Shown piece by piece: positions 25,098 through 37,185 of a stretch of DNA of 64,000 nucleotides. Within the stretch, counting starts at the first letter, position 1. The number at the start of each line of letters is the position of its first letter. This stretch comes from Tubulanus polymorphus (lineage: Eukaryota; Animalia; Nemertea). The stretch spans positions 18,634,150 to 18,698,149 of the forward strand of contig NC_134026.1 of NCBI RefSeq assembly GCF_964204645.1, given 5' to 3'. The notes under the pieces were generated by a model, which did not search any database, was not told where the DNA came from, and was given only the letters and a program-made list of their open reading frames with translations. The position numbers and the translations under genes were made by a program.

Positions 25098-28000
25098 TTA
25101 ACACGTTAGAATTCTTTTCATAATCTCATGCTCTTTTGTTTCTTCTCTTTTGAACTTTAGATATTCATCTAAATTGCAACCATATGCAACTGTATGAATT
25201 CCGTCATCTAAAATATATCTTTTATCATCAAATGGATTCAAACTAACCTTTTCAATTTCTTCAATAAACATTTCATGATCTTCTGATCTTAAACATTTCA
25301 TCTTATGTTTTCTAACTTCTTCATTGAATATACAATTGATGTAATCTTTGAAATGAATATTCTTTTCTACCACACTTTTGGTTATTCCATTCAATTTCTT
25401 TGATTCATGAGTTTTAGTTTTATATGAATACATTTTGGATCTAATACCAATGAATTCAATCATTTCTTCACCACCTAATTCATCTTTGAATTTACCGGGT
25501 CGCTTTTTATTATCATTGCTAAACAATTAATGATCTTTAGGATAATTACTGAAATCAAAATGATGTTTTAATGTTTTTAAATCATCAGTTATGTTATTAG
25601 TTTTTATCTTTAATATGTAACTGTCAGTATCAAAATATAAGATTTCTATATGTTTTTCTCCAAAATGAGGTTGTAATACATTATAATAGAATTCATACAT
25701 TAATAACTTTGATAATTCTAAAACTGAAGCACCAACATAAATTGGTTTATTAAATTCCATAGATGTTCTTCTCATTTTAACTGCAGCTAAATTTTCATCA
25801 AATATTCTGTTACCTATAAATTTAGGATATGTTTGTAAATGCCTTATCCTTTTGCCATTACTAACTAACTCAATATCATTTCTATTTCTAATATTTTCAC
25901 AAGTCTTACCATAGAATGCATTATTCATTAACTTGAAGAAATCTTTCTCAAAATCAGTTTTAGCTTCAGTTCTCTGTTTGGTGTTAAAATCTATATATTT
26001 TTCTAACCACTTAGATTGACTAAATGAAATATATCTATGTACTTTTTTTTTAGGATCATTCCTTGTTTTAGATATAACTTTAACATTCTATAATGTACTA
26101 CATAATTATATTAACTTCCTGAGTTACCATTAACTTTTCTGTATGAATATGATTTTCGGGTTTAATTCTTTTTTGATAATTTGATAATTCTTCATGTGTT
26201 ACAGTTTTATGTTCGGGGCAGTATGCTAGATTTCTAGATTTAAATTCAATATGTTCAGGATATTCTAAATCTACAACAAAGAAGTAACCAGTATCTGAAT
26301 CATCTGCAATATCTAGGATTCTTTTCTTCCAATCAAATTTATCATTATTTTCATGTTGTAAAACTTCACTTATTTCAAATACTCCATAAGGTTGTGGTTC
26401 CATCATTGCCCAACGATACAAATTATTTGCATCTATATATAATAACTTATATCCAGGGTTATCATTTACATTGAAATATCTATCACCTAATACACCTGAA
26501 ACTCCTCCTCTTATAGATTTTTCAAATAATAATAATTGATCTATATTTGTTAACAAGTCCATTTTTATATCTGTAAATTTTAATCCACAATCCCATGTTA
26601 AACCTGGACTAGAATAACAATGACATGGATCAATATTAAAATATTTTAGGTTTACATCTCTAAACCTTTCAAATATATCCGATAATAATAATACATCTGA
26701 TTTTAAATATAAATCTACCAATTGTCCATGATTTTTCATTTTGAAATGATTCCAAATATTCAATGTTCTATTATATACTTCATCTTTAACATATTCATTT
26801 TTTAATTCATCATAGAATTGTTCTTTCAATAATTCAGTTATATTAAAATCATTATGATTTTTATAGAAAGAATATGGAATTGCGCCTTTATATCTCATTA
26901 ATTGAAAATCATCATTATTTGGATAGTGTTGTTTTAATATTTTTAATTCATCATCAACTAATGATTTTGATAAGTTATCTAATGAACTATTTAAAAATCT
27001 ATATGAATCTATAAATCTTAGACACCCAAATTGGAATGATATATAATTCTCAGATGTTCTAGCTAACATTTTAAATTTATAAGTTGGTATTTTATCTTTT
27101 GATCTATTTGAATTTAATCTTTCTATTTCATTATTAATTTCTTCTATTTTATGACATAACTGTTTGATAAATAAATGTGCATAAATTCTGATAGATTATG
27201 AAATATAACTGGTACAAAGTTAATTTTCTTAGCTTGTAAATTGCAATTCTCATGCGCAGCGCCTCTAAACTTTCCGTTCAAATGATCATGGTCTCTTACT
27301 TTTTTATCTTTATAATTAAATATCTTTTCACAATAATAACATTTACCTGCAAACACAAATTCTTCTTTATATTCTTCTGTCATTATAATTTCTATATTTG
27401 TATTCAATAATTTGCTAAATCTTATTTCATGTTCAATTAATAAGTCACAAAAATGATTGATAACATTTTCATTTCTATAATGATAATATTCACTTTCAAT
27501 TAGTTCTGGATAATCAGATTTTATATATAACCCGAAAGCAGCAGCTGATTGATGAATCTTTTTAATTGTATTTGTTATTGGTGGTTCTTCTGAAAAATCA
27601 TTTTCATTAGAATTTAATTTCTTTCTTTTATAATATATTTCTTTTCTATCTTGATCAGTTAATTCTTTATTTAATGATTCAAAATCTCCATATATTACAA
27701 ATGGTACTTTATTTTTGTAATCATATTTTTTGAATTCTAATATTTTATCTTTTTCATTTGGTAAAACTAATTTACAATAATCATGATTTTCACATAATTG
27801 TTTATGATTTAATAATGTACTTTCATTTCTGAATCTATGTAAACATTTTCTACAAAGATATATTTTATGGTGATCATTTTCTGATTTCAAAAATAAATCG
27901 ATTTGTTTAATCCACATATAATGATTTTCATAATATAGTATATCTATAACATCATTTGAATCATAATCTTTTGATAGGTATAAAGGTTCTAATGTATAAT

Positions 28001-29129
28001 GTTTTATATTGTTGCCTTTTGTTTTTGGTAATTTGATTAAATCAAATATATTTATTCTTAAATTATTATCTCTTTCTATTTTTGGGATATTTTTAATTGT
28101 AACAGGATACTTATCTATCTTATAATTATTTTCAAATGGTTTATAATGAGTTAATCTACAAATATTATCAGTTGCAGGATGTAAGCAACTAATTATTGCC
28201 CATAGAAAACATTTATCATCAAAATTTTGTACATTTATAACAGCATTAGTTTTAAATGGTAATTTGATATAACTCGATGCTTCAATATCTGGTTCTTTAT
28301 AATATGATACATTATTTTCATCAATTGGTTTTGATTTAGTTAACTTATTATATTTTGTGTTATAAACATGTAAAGTCATAAATATTATTTCATCAAATAT
28401 TAAACCAGATCCTTCAAAATATTTCTCTTCTATTTTAGTTTTTACTTCATTATAACATTTATCTAATTTATCATCTATATGTTGTTTAGATATAATATGT
28501 TGTGAATGAGAATTTATATTATATATTGGTTTATCTTCAGATTTTATAAACTTTACTTTAGAAGATATACTAATTTTAGGGTATTCAACATCAGTTATTA
28601 TTTTTATAATATTTTTCATATTTTCTACATGTTTTTTATTTTCTTCTAATGTTTTTCCTTTATGAAATTTGAACTCAATAGCTGCTGGACCAATATCACT
28701 TTTAAATGCTTCGGTTATCTCTATATCTTTTTTATTATCTAATGAATTAATATAATTTCTTACATCTTCCATGTATGGTCTTTTATTGTTTAATTTATTT
28801 CTTATTCTTTTAATTGTCTTATGTTTCTTATCATTGTCATTATCAAAATAATTTTCACCTAAAATATCATTATTCATATTTCTAATATGACTTTTAGATT
28901 TTAAATGTTCATTACAATATCTTTTATCACTGAATGATTGATTACATGTATCACATTTATATATTTCTTTTTCATTCTTTAATTCATCTAATTTAGTTTC
29001 TAATATATCATCTTCATATTCTAATTTCAATATATTCTCTAAATGTGTTTTAGTTTTATTGTGTCTTGCTTTTTGGGATTTATCTAGATTGATTTTACAT
29101 GTTGAACAGTAGTACTTATTTGCTTCCAT
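25098..29129 (-). pseudogene. P1 protein-primed family B DNA polymerase, full length and intein-free, with several frameshifts and stops
   Basis: N-terminal C2H2 fingers; Cys/His OTU-like motifs (DDKCFLWA..ENHY); Exo I GDFES; endonuclease-VII-like DHDH..RGAAH..CN; FHNL; YLKSDV; motif A YIDANNLY; motif B NNAFYGK; motif C YFDTDS (empty intein site 25628|25629). Confidence 0.95.
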
Positions 29130-29185
29130 TTTAATACTAAATTTTTTTTTTAAATTGATTTGACACATTTTATTCATTTATATTT

Positions 29186-29708
29186 TATTCATTTATATGT
29201 TATTCATATATATATATATATGAATTATTTCAATCACACTTACTAACACTTTTAATGTTTAAAAATCTAACTCATACAAATATAAATATTGAAATAATGT
29301 TTAAAATATATCTATATATCTATTTATAAGTGAGCTCGTTAATTACTCGTTACTTTTTTACTAACGCTTTTATATTGAATAATCTATCAATTTATATGTT
29401 ATTCATATATATTTAATCATGTATATAAATATTTTAAGAGTAATAGGGGTAATGGGCTTTCAGGTTAAAGGTTGAAAGGGTGAGTGAGTAAAAAATGAAA
29501 AAATATGAAAATAATAATAATTTCTATTTGGATTAGGAGTGAAACTCATAAAAAATGAAAAATAAATTCGAGGGTGCGAGAATTATTTTTCATTTTTTAT
29601 GAGTTTCACTCCTAATTCAAATAGAAATTATTGTTATTTTCATATTTTTCATTTTTTATTAGCTCGACCTTTCGACCTTCGATCTGAAAGCCCATTACCC
29701 TTATTACT
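29186..29708 (-). repeat. P1 right TIR; the outer 29439-29708 is a ~270-bp imperfect palindrome
   Basis: AGTAATAGGGGTAATGGGCTTTCAG at 29439 pairs with CTGAAAGCCCATTACCCTTATTACT ending at 29708; apex near 29575. Confidence 0.92.
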
Positions 29709-29714
29709 GACAAC

Positions 29715-32266
29715 ACTGAGATTTTGAAAACCTGGCATTGAGAATAGGTTGAAAATTGCTCGTGATGCCTTTTTATTTAAGCATTCTTGTATGTCATCTA
29801 ATTTACCGTTACAGTGTATACTAAATCCTAAATAGTAAGAAGATTTACAGCAGTTCAAATTCTGATGGTTGACGGTGAATACATCTTCACTAAATAATTT
29901 TCCGGCTCTGTCAAATATCATTACAGAGCTTTTACTAGTATTTATCTCAATACCCCAGTATTTACAGTACTCTGATAATTTGTGGAGTGCATTTTGCAAC
30001 CCTGATTTCGAGCGCGAGAAAATGGCCAAGTCATCAGCATACATGAGGCATGGTATCAGTTTATCTCTTAACATTGGTGCGTCGCATTCATCAAAAATTT
30101 TCCTTATGCCGTTTATAAAGAGGTTAAATAATAGTGGACTCAGGATGTTAACCTATTTTAACTGGAAAGGAGTCAGATAAACCGGTATCATTCTGCACCT
30201 GTGACGTAGCATTACAATACATATTTCTGATTACTTTTTAAAAAAGACCATGAATGCCATTCTGTATGAGATTAATAAACATTGCATCATGAATAACTCT
30301 GTCAAAAGCACATTTAAAATCTATAAAAGCACAGCAGAATTTCTGTTTTCGTTTCCTAGTATTTTTATCAACTATTTGTTTCAGGGTGAACAGATGATCA
30401 GCAGTGCGCGAGTTTTGCTTAAATCCTATTTGATTTTTAGCTATGAGATTATAAGTTTCGATATATTTAGCTAACCTATTGTTCAAGATAGAACAAAAGA
30501 GTTTACCTAAACAGCTAGTTACAGTAATACCTCGATAACAACTAGGGTCATTCTTGTTCCCTTTCTTAAACAAGGGTGTTACAATACCCCGAGACCATTC
30601 ATTTGGAAATTCTCCGGTTGTTCAAATTCTGTTAAATAATTTCAATAAGATATCTTTCATATTTGGAAAAGTAAATTTCAGTAATTCGTTTGGGATGGAA
30701 TCAAACCAGTGGCTTTCTTTAATTTTAGTTTTTTGATACATAATTCAATTTCTGCGATAGTTATGGCAAAATCCAATTCACTGAAAGTGGTCTGACTGGA
30801 TTCAAGTTGATTAAGAGTTAGACGTAGTGAATCGGTTCTTTCAGCTTGCTGTGGCCCAGGAGAGCTGAGCTGCTTAAAGTGCTTGGACCATTGATCTAAA
30901 CCAATGTTGGATTTGCTTTGTTTGGAATTTTTCAGATTTTTGATTCCATTCCAGAATGCTTTACTAGATTTCTGATTATTTTTATCACCATTCATTTTAT
31001 CAATAATATTATTTACATAAATTTGCTTCTTTTGCCTAATTAACTTTCCATATTTTTTCCGTTCCTATTAATACTCCTTCATTTTACTTTTTGATAATGT
31101 TCTGGAGATAGCTTTGGCCCGTTTGTTAAGGGCTGACCTGCCTTCGTGGCACTCCTTATCAAACCATTTGTATTTAGAAAGGTACTTTTTCGGACCCTCT
31201 CTACGTATCTGTAGGGATCTCTTAGCTATACAGACATAAATATTGCTACATGCTTCAAGTAGGGATGCTGGAGTTTCACATTTTAAACATTCTGTAATTT
31301 TGGTAGTTATTACATGATTTTGGAGTGACTGTGATACCAAATTAGCACTATCTTCATTCCATATATATTTCGTTGGCTTATTATGAATATTATAGGTGTT
31401 GGGTAGTTCTATTGAATTGTATGTTTGGAATGGTTTGTTTGCATTGAGAAATAGTGACACTACACAGTGGTCAGAGTAAACAGAAAGGTCTTCTACTTTC
31501 AAGGATAAAATTTGATTCTGCAGGTCTTCGCTGCATATAAAATAGTCAACTGTGCTACATTATACTTGAAGCATGTAGGTTTGCCAAATAGATCCCTAGA
31601 GTACGACCATTCAATATTTTGAGGTTACTATCAGTACATAAATCGATTAACTTCTTTCCAAATTTATTAGTTATCATATCCGACGCGTATCTCTTGGAAC
31701 ATTTGTCGATTGTAACCAAGTTATTCAGTTCTTCAATTAAACATTCTTCATCGATATAGTCCTTGAGATTGGCACATCTGGCGTTAAAATCTCCACATAA
31801 CATTACTTGACCCTTTGATTTAAAATCACAGATATCATTATGTAACTCCTCAAAAGGATCTATATCCGAGGCTTTATAGATTGGCGAGTTAATTGGAGGA
31901 ATGTACACTGACCCAAGGAATACATCTTTCTTATTACCATCTTTGAAAATTTTTTTATCAATTCTTATCCAGATAACAAAATTATTTGATTTAATATACT
32001 TGATTTTTTATGTACAGGTCCTTGACAGCGATGGCAATGCCACCAGAGCCACTAATAGCTTTTAAACTCGTTTTCCTATCCGACCTCCACACTGTGTAAC
32101 CGTTCAAATGGAAATCATCGTTCTCACTTAGGTGTGTTTCTTGTAAACATATAATATCAAAATTTTTATCAAGGATTTCTACTTTATTTGTAATGTCGAG
32201 GGTTTTAGATTGCGCACCGTTAACATTCCAAGAACCTATCAGTATGGAGGATTGATTGGAAAGCAT
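29715..32266 (-). pseudogene. LINE ORF2 (APE + RT), fragmented
   Basis: SWNVNG, LQETH, CGDFNAR, SDH, YRGITV, QIGF, FIDFKCAFD, LMYADD. Confidence 0.9.
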
Positions 32267-32359
32267 ATTTATATAAAATTCATACAATAATAACAAAAAA
32301 TACAGAATTAAAAAAGATTAATATTACCACAGGATTACAGGTACATAAATTTCAGCTTA

Positions 32360-34170
32360 CTATAATCTCCCAGATATCGAGATGTCAGCACGACAATTAC
32401 GTAAGGATCGGATTAGGTTGGACGCTATTATAGAAGAGCCTTCTCTTGATAAATGGATGGTGTCGCGAAATAGATGCGGAGACAAATGTCCTTTTCTTAT
32501 TAGATTATCATTGTTTTGGTAACATATATACATATGAGTATCGCGCATAAAATTTTTCACGTATCTGTTAAAGTCCACTACTTTTGCGTCAAAGTCTTTT
32601 TCTTGTGCAGGCGTGAGTCCAGAAATAATAACTTTAACACCATAGTAGGTCATCATTTTAACTGCGATATCAACCAAATCATAAGCTTTAGCGGCTACAT
32701 CTTCTATTGAGTGGCACTCCCTCAGGTCGTTGGTACCGCAATGAAGAATCACAACTTTATGTTGACCCGAGTAGGACCGTGCCCATTCGTATAGCTTGTC
32801 AATTTTAGATATTCGTACGTGATCTACCCGAGCGTTTATATTCTGACAGAGCCGCTTCGTATCCACATCAGAATAGATGGAGTCTGATACCAGAACAACA
32901 GGCACCGATTGGTCATGCATAGATGTGCGTCTCGGTAGCACGTTGTTTCTATTATCGTTAACTGGATTCAAGCATGATTTTGTCGCAATGTTACTGTTGG
33001 TCAATGATTTCAAAATATCCGCACGCATGTTATCAACAGACTTTTCGATTGAGTTCCCGAGCACAACAATTTCGTCTTGTATTCTCAGGCCAATCTCTTG
33101 AGACTCCATATTGAGCTCATGTTGCCTACCGAAGTTATATATTGAGTCTTGTTGTAGGCTTTTGTAGGAATCGACGAGTGTGCGGAGACTGTCGGATATA
33201 CCCGTTTCATTTGGTTTCTTTGTTTGTACCCTGTTGATAGTTGTCTGCGCGTTTTCAATCTTCTCCATCATAAGCTGAGAATCAGCTATAAGTGATCGGA
33301 TGTTGTGATTGATGTGATCTCTGTCACCGAGTCAATTGGTCTACAGCTTCGGCTTCACGGTTGAGGGGCGGTGCCATATTGGAGACAGAACATTCCATCC
33401 CTTGCATTATTTCAACGAGAGATCCACACAGCGGACATTCATTAGTCGCGTTGTTTGTACGGACATTATCAGATTTCTTTGTTTTACTTTCAGGGACAGA
33501 TTTGGTTGTTGAAGTGGTTGACGCAATATCATCTACAATTACATTTGATGCGGTCAATTCGTCGGGTACTTCATGAACAATAGTTTCTGAATCCTGTACA
33601 CTATTCACTTTATTTAGCAACATTTTGAATTCACGTTCGGACCAGTACACGATGTGCTGTCCTTGCACTGTGACGGTGTGCGTGGTCGGATAAACATGAA
33701 TAGTATATATAATTTTGGGAATAACTGTGTTTTCGGACACTTGAGTCATAACATCATCAAGATCTTCGTTGTCGGTCCAGCTGCATAGGAACTGGTCTGA
33801 TAATTCCAGATATGTATAATACCGTTCACGTAGTGCCACTAACCATAAGTAAACTCTCAAATCATTCTTTATCTGAAATGCGAGCATTCTAGCAGCCAGA
33901 TCGTAAATGTTAGGATTTATCTCTTCAACAGGGGCTTTACTTTCCCTTCGATTTTTTTGGAATAACACGTTTGTATTGTTCCATTTCTTCTTCGCCTAAC
34001 TGTAAGTCATCATTTGATGTGGCAGAGTTCAGTACATTAAATAGAACTTCAGTAACGTGGGGTTGCTTTTCCACAGGTACTACAGGCATTACAGGAGCCG
34101 GGTCGTCAATTATTGGGACTGTTTCTTCAGCTTTGGTATCACTTCCGGTTGTCGACATGGGGGCCGCCAT
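32360..34170 (-). pseudogene. LINE ORF1 with C-terminal SGNH/GDSL esterase, fragmented
   Basis: VSDSI, HCGTNDL and DTIHL blocks in 32360-33271; upstream pieces 33324-33968 and 33937-34170. Confidence 0.8.
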
Positions 34171-34379
34171 CTTGCAAGTAAAATCAAACAGCTTAACGAG
34201 GCAACTTTGTACCAAGAATATTTGCATCAAACGCGTCCAACAATACCTCTACGATTATCATCAATGTTTTCTCCGGATCTAGTATTTTACTACCGTACCA
34301 GTTTTTCAGTTCGTTGCCGCTTACTTGACTTAGAATAACGTAAAAATTACGAGCGATATCGTAACTACCGCCGTTCAGC

Positions 34380-35260
34380 GTATGTGTTATTCTGTAGAGC
34401 TGATCCATCTATTCCCAAAATGAACGGGTTGGCATTGATGACACTAATGCAGTTTGTTTTTTCAACATGAGCAAGTTCTTCAACAATGCATGTTGCCTTG
34501 TTGAAGCGTTGTTCGAGCACATTTAAATGATTAAGCAATTTCACTGTCAGGGAATATCTTACGGCAGAGTTCACCCATGTGGTTTGCAGCACTCAGAGCA
34601 ATGTTATGCTCAACCAGGAACTCACAAAATAGTGTTTCCGCCCGGATTTCTTATTAGTCCTCCTTTTTCACAAGAAACCTATCCATTGTCTTATTACTAG
34701 AAGTCTGAGTAGCGGCAGTTTTATGCTTTGCGCTGGCAAAATGTTGTTGAATGTCGTACTTTCCACTTTGTCCAACGGAAAAGTTTGATTGACATACCGT
34801 GCAAGACGCATGATTGTTGCCGACGCGACTAGGCAGAATACACGGGTTGTTGGCCGTGTATTCTGCCTTGAATTTTTGCAGCTTACATCGCCGTTTTTCC
34901 GGAGGGCCTTCATCGTCGGAAGAAAACGATTCACTTTCGACGTACGCCGCCATTAAACATTTTTCATAGGTGGCGCTAGCCAACGGACAGCGTCTTCCAT
35001 CGTTACCGCAGCGGGTTCTGAGCGGCAATGCACGAGGTCATCACACTGACATTACGCAACTAACTTCAAGCACGTTCATATCAAACAATAACACGTTTAT
35101 TTTTCAAAAAATGACACTTATTTATTTTACGTAACATAATTTTTTCCCTCCCGTATTTTAACTTTTAAAAAAACGTAAAATTTTCAGAAAAACGTACTCC
35201 CGTAAATTGAGGTTCGTTTCCGTAGCAATTACGGAAAATACGTACAGGTTGGCACCTCTG
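34380..35260 (-). mobile_element. hAT transposon, same family as copy A: 5' TIR plus transposase N-terminus (copy B)
   Basis: 34380-34968 is a close direct repeat of 3418-3995. TIR GGTTGGCACCTCTG at 35247-35260, with subterminal CCGTA/TACGG repeats. Confidence 0.85.
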
Positions 35261-35700
35261 AGAGACCCATGAGCTTTTGTTTTTTACCTTCCCACTTCAG
35301 TTTAGGCAGAATATCTTCCAGAAACTTCTGACGCCTTGGTGATTTGCTGAAGAATAGGTAAGTTTCATTAACTGAATCAATCATGTTCCTAATAGCTGGT
35401 AATCTACAAGCAGCTGCAATAGCCAAATTCAGTCGATGGCTTCCACAATGCACATACAATGCTTTAGGGGCATTTGCTTTAATTAAGCCATGTACTCCTT
35501 TCACAGCTGAAGACATCGCAGAGGCACCATTGTATGATTGGCCACTTAAATACTTGATGTCAAGTCCATTAGAATTAAGAATGTCCATTATTGCTGTTGA
35601 AATAGACTGCCCAGTGGTTCGTTTCTAATAGCAGAATTCAAAGAATGATTCCACTATCTGTGCATTTCCAGCATCGCCTTCATTTTTAATGACTTCACAT
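35261..35700 (-). pseudogene. Fragment of a second hAT transposase family (ZMYM/P52rIPK-like)
   Basis: GQSYNGASAMS, YVHCGSHRLNL and SPRR motifs; cut at KLMGLS by the copy B TIR. Confidence 0.8.
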
Positions 35701-35709
35701 TTTAGTTGT

Positions 35710-37150
35710 CATGGTCCCGTAACCATGGATACCTTGGCAGTTTGAATTTCAAAAGCAATGTGTTGCCTGCATTTGGAGAGGAAATCTGCACAAATTGTAC
35801 GATGAAGTTGAACAGACACCGGGGAAACCAGGTCCCAGGGCTGCAACACAGAATGTTGGCTTCCAGGTCGGACTGCAGGACTGTCCGATAGGCAACAGTC
35901 GGGCACGGTATCTGTTGGCAACGACGAACGTTCATCCGCCAGTGAGAAGTGGTATGCAGAAAACCGCCAACAGAGTAGGCAACGCCATCGCAGAGCTGAA
36001 CGAGAGTGACATGAGTGATCGCCGAGATGAATGTAAGCGAGTGATCGTACTGAGGGGACTCGCGGCAGACGTACCAATAAATGTACAGGTCGATTGTCGA
36101 TACAACAGTATAAGTATCGCCGGGCGACGAAAGATGGGACAAAACGCCTCTCAAGCAATTGGTATCTGTCGGGAGGACCAATCCGACAAGCATGTGATCA
36201 TCGGAGCCTACCTACAGACGAAACTCTGTCCAACTGGTCAACGCCTACGTAATAAATGACAACAGGTCACGTGTCCAGGAGGACACCCGAACTGTACAAG
36301 CAACAGGGCGCCTCAAGAACCCCTCAGTGAGAGAGCTATCGGACAGCAAATCAGCAGTGATCTAAGTGAGTCAGGTCTGCACCTAAAACACGCAACCAAT
36401 GACTGAGACAGTCAGGATGGTGACGCTGTTGAACGTTTGGCGGATACTGTACACTTAGGACTGAGCCAATTCTGGGCAGGTATGAAAGCTAACTTTTCTG
36501 ATGATATGATTCCACCCGGAGTGGATAAACAACAAACAAAGAAGATGTTCGCGCTCGATGTTATAAGTCGATGCCACGGCGTATACAATGAGTTGCACTG
36601 CCAAAATGCTGGTAACATTGATATCATAAGGAAAAAAATACCACGTATCATTGATGTTACGATCCAGTGCTATAGCGGAGACTGTCGGAATTGTAGTAAG
36701 ACTGTGGTTTTATGTGGAGGTGGAAGGAAGACTTGTTGGTGGTACCGATCGCATTACCTATCAACGTATGGTTTGTCGTGATATCGGCTACGCATCACAG
36801 ACAGTGACAAATCAATACTCAGGAAAGTGATCGAAATAAAATTTGGTACGGACAATTAACTCACCACACGACTAAATACGAATACGAATAGATGCGAGTC
36901 TGCGAATCGATCTATCAGCGTTTCACTTCCGAAGTACGTGAACTACGCTAGGAATTCAGCTGGCCGTCTGGCGTCAACAATACACAGATTAAATAAATAA
37001 CGCTGGCGCGAATTCAGCAGCCAAGAAGCTAGTGTTCGTCGCAGCGTCCGTTCACCCGTCGAACGGAGCTGGAAAAACTCTGAAACAGATAGAGCGCGAA
37101 AGTCTATATCACAGGAACAGACAACAAACAAAATACCCACGACAGGAGGC
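35710..37150 (+). pseudogene. Degenerate Mutator-like transposase
   Basis: ORFs 35795-36259 and 36437-36781 plus downstream NTNRCESANR..SLPK..N..GR; VDCRYNS and DGD acidic motifs; Cys clusters. Family call is from memory of motif pattern. Confidence 0.55.
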
Positions 37151-37185
37151 ATACTGACCTAATTGTGGTCTCATGCCAGTGGCGT

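Larger units (their letters stand above)
5127..29708. mobile_element. Polinton/Maverick-type endogenous virus P1 (intein-free PolB allele), degenerate
   Basis: Starts AGTAATAGGGG and ends TTATTACT. 6-bp TSD GACAAC at 5121-5126 and 29709-29714. Carries pPolB, integrase, ATPase and capsid genes. Confidence 0.95.
3996..34175 (-). mobile_element. RTEX-like LINE (~5.6 kb without its insert) interrupted by Polinton P1
   Basis: ORF1 has an SGNH/GDSL esterase and ORF2 has APE+RT. The 3' tail is TTGAA-type repeats after AATAAA (3996-4030). The ORF2 frame continues across the P1 insertion (..NLSVV|QQIQLFDSMIKPILTYG..). Clade call is from domain architecture only. Confidence 0.8.

Noticed and set aside
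25098-29129. Programmed frameshifting or stop-codon reassignment to explain the broken Polinton ORFs
   Set aside because: Lesions mostly fall at different positions in P1 and P2 and involve all three stop codons. Decay or homopolymer sequencing errors explain them better.
29649-29714. C-terminal tail SNKGNGLSDRRSK of ORF 29649-30074 as part of the RT
   Set aside because: Read-through into the Polinton TIR; the real RT continues at 5120.
32360-33271. Host or captured lipase gene
   Set aside because: An SGNH esterase is a known ORF1 domain of several LINE clades, and this one lies directly upstream of APE-RT.
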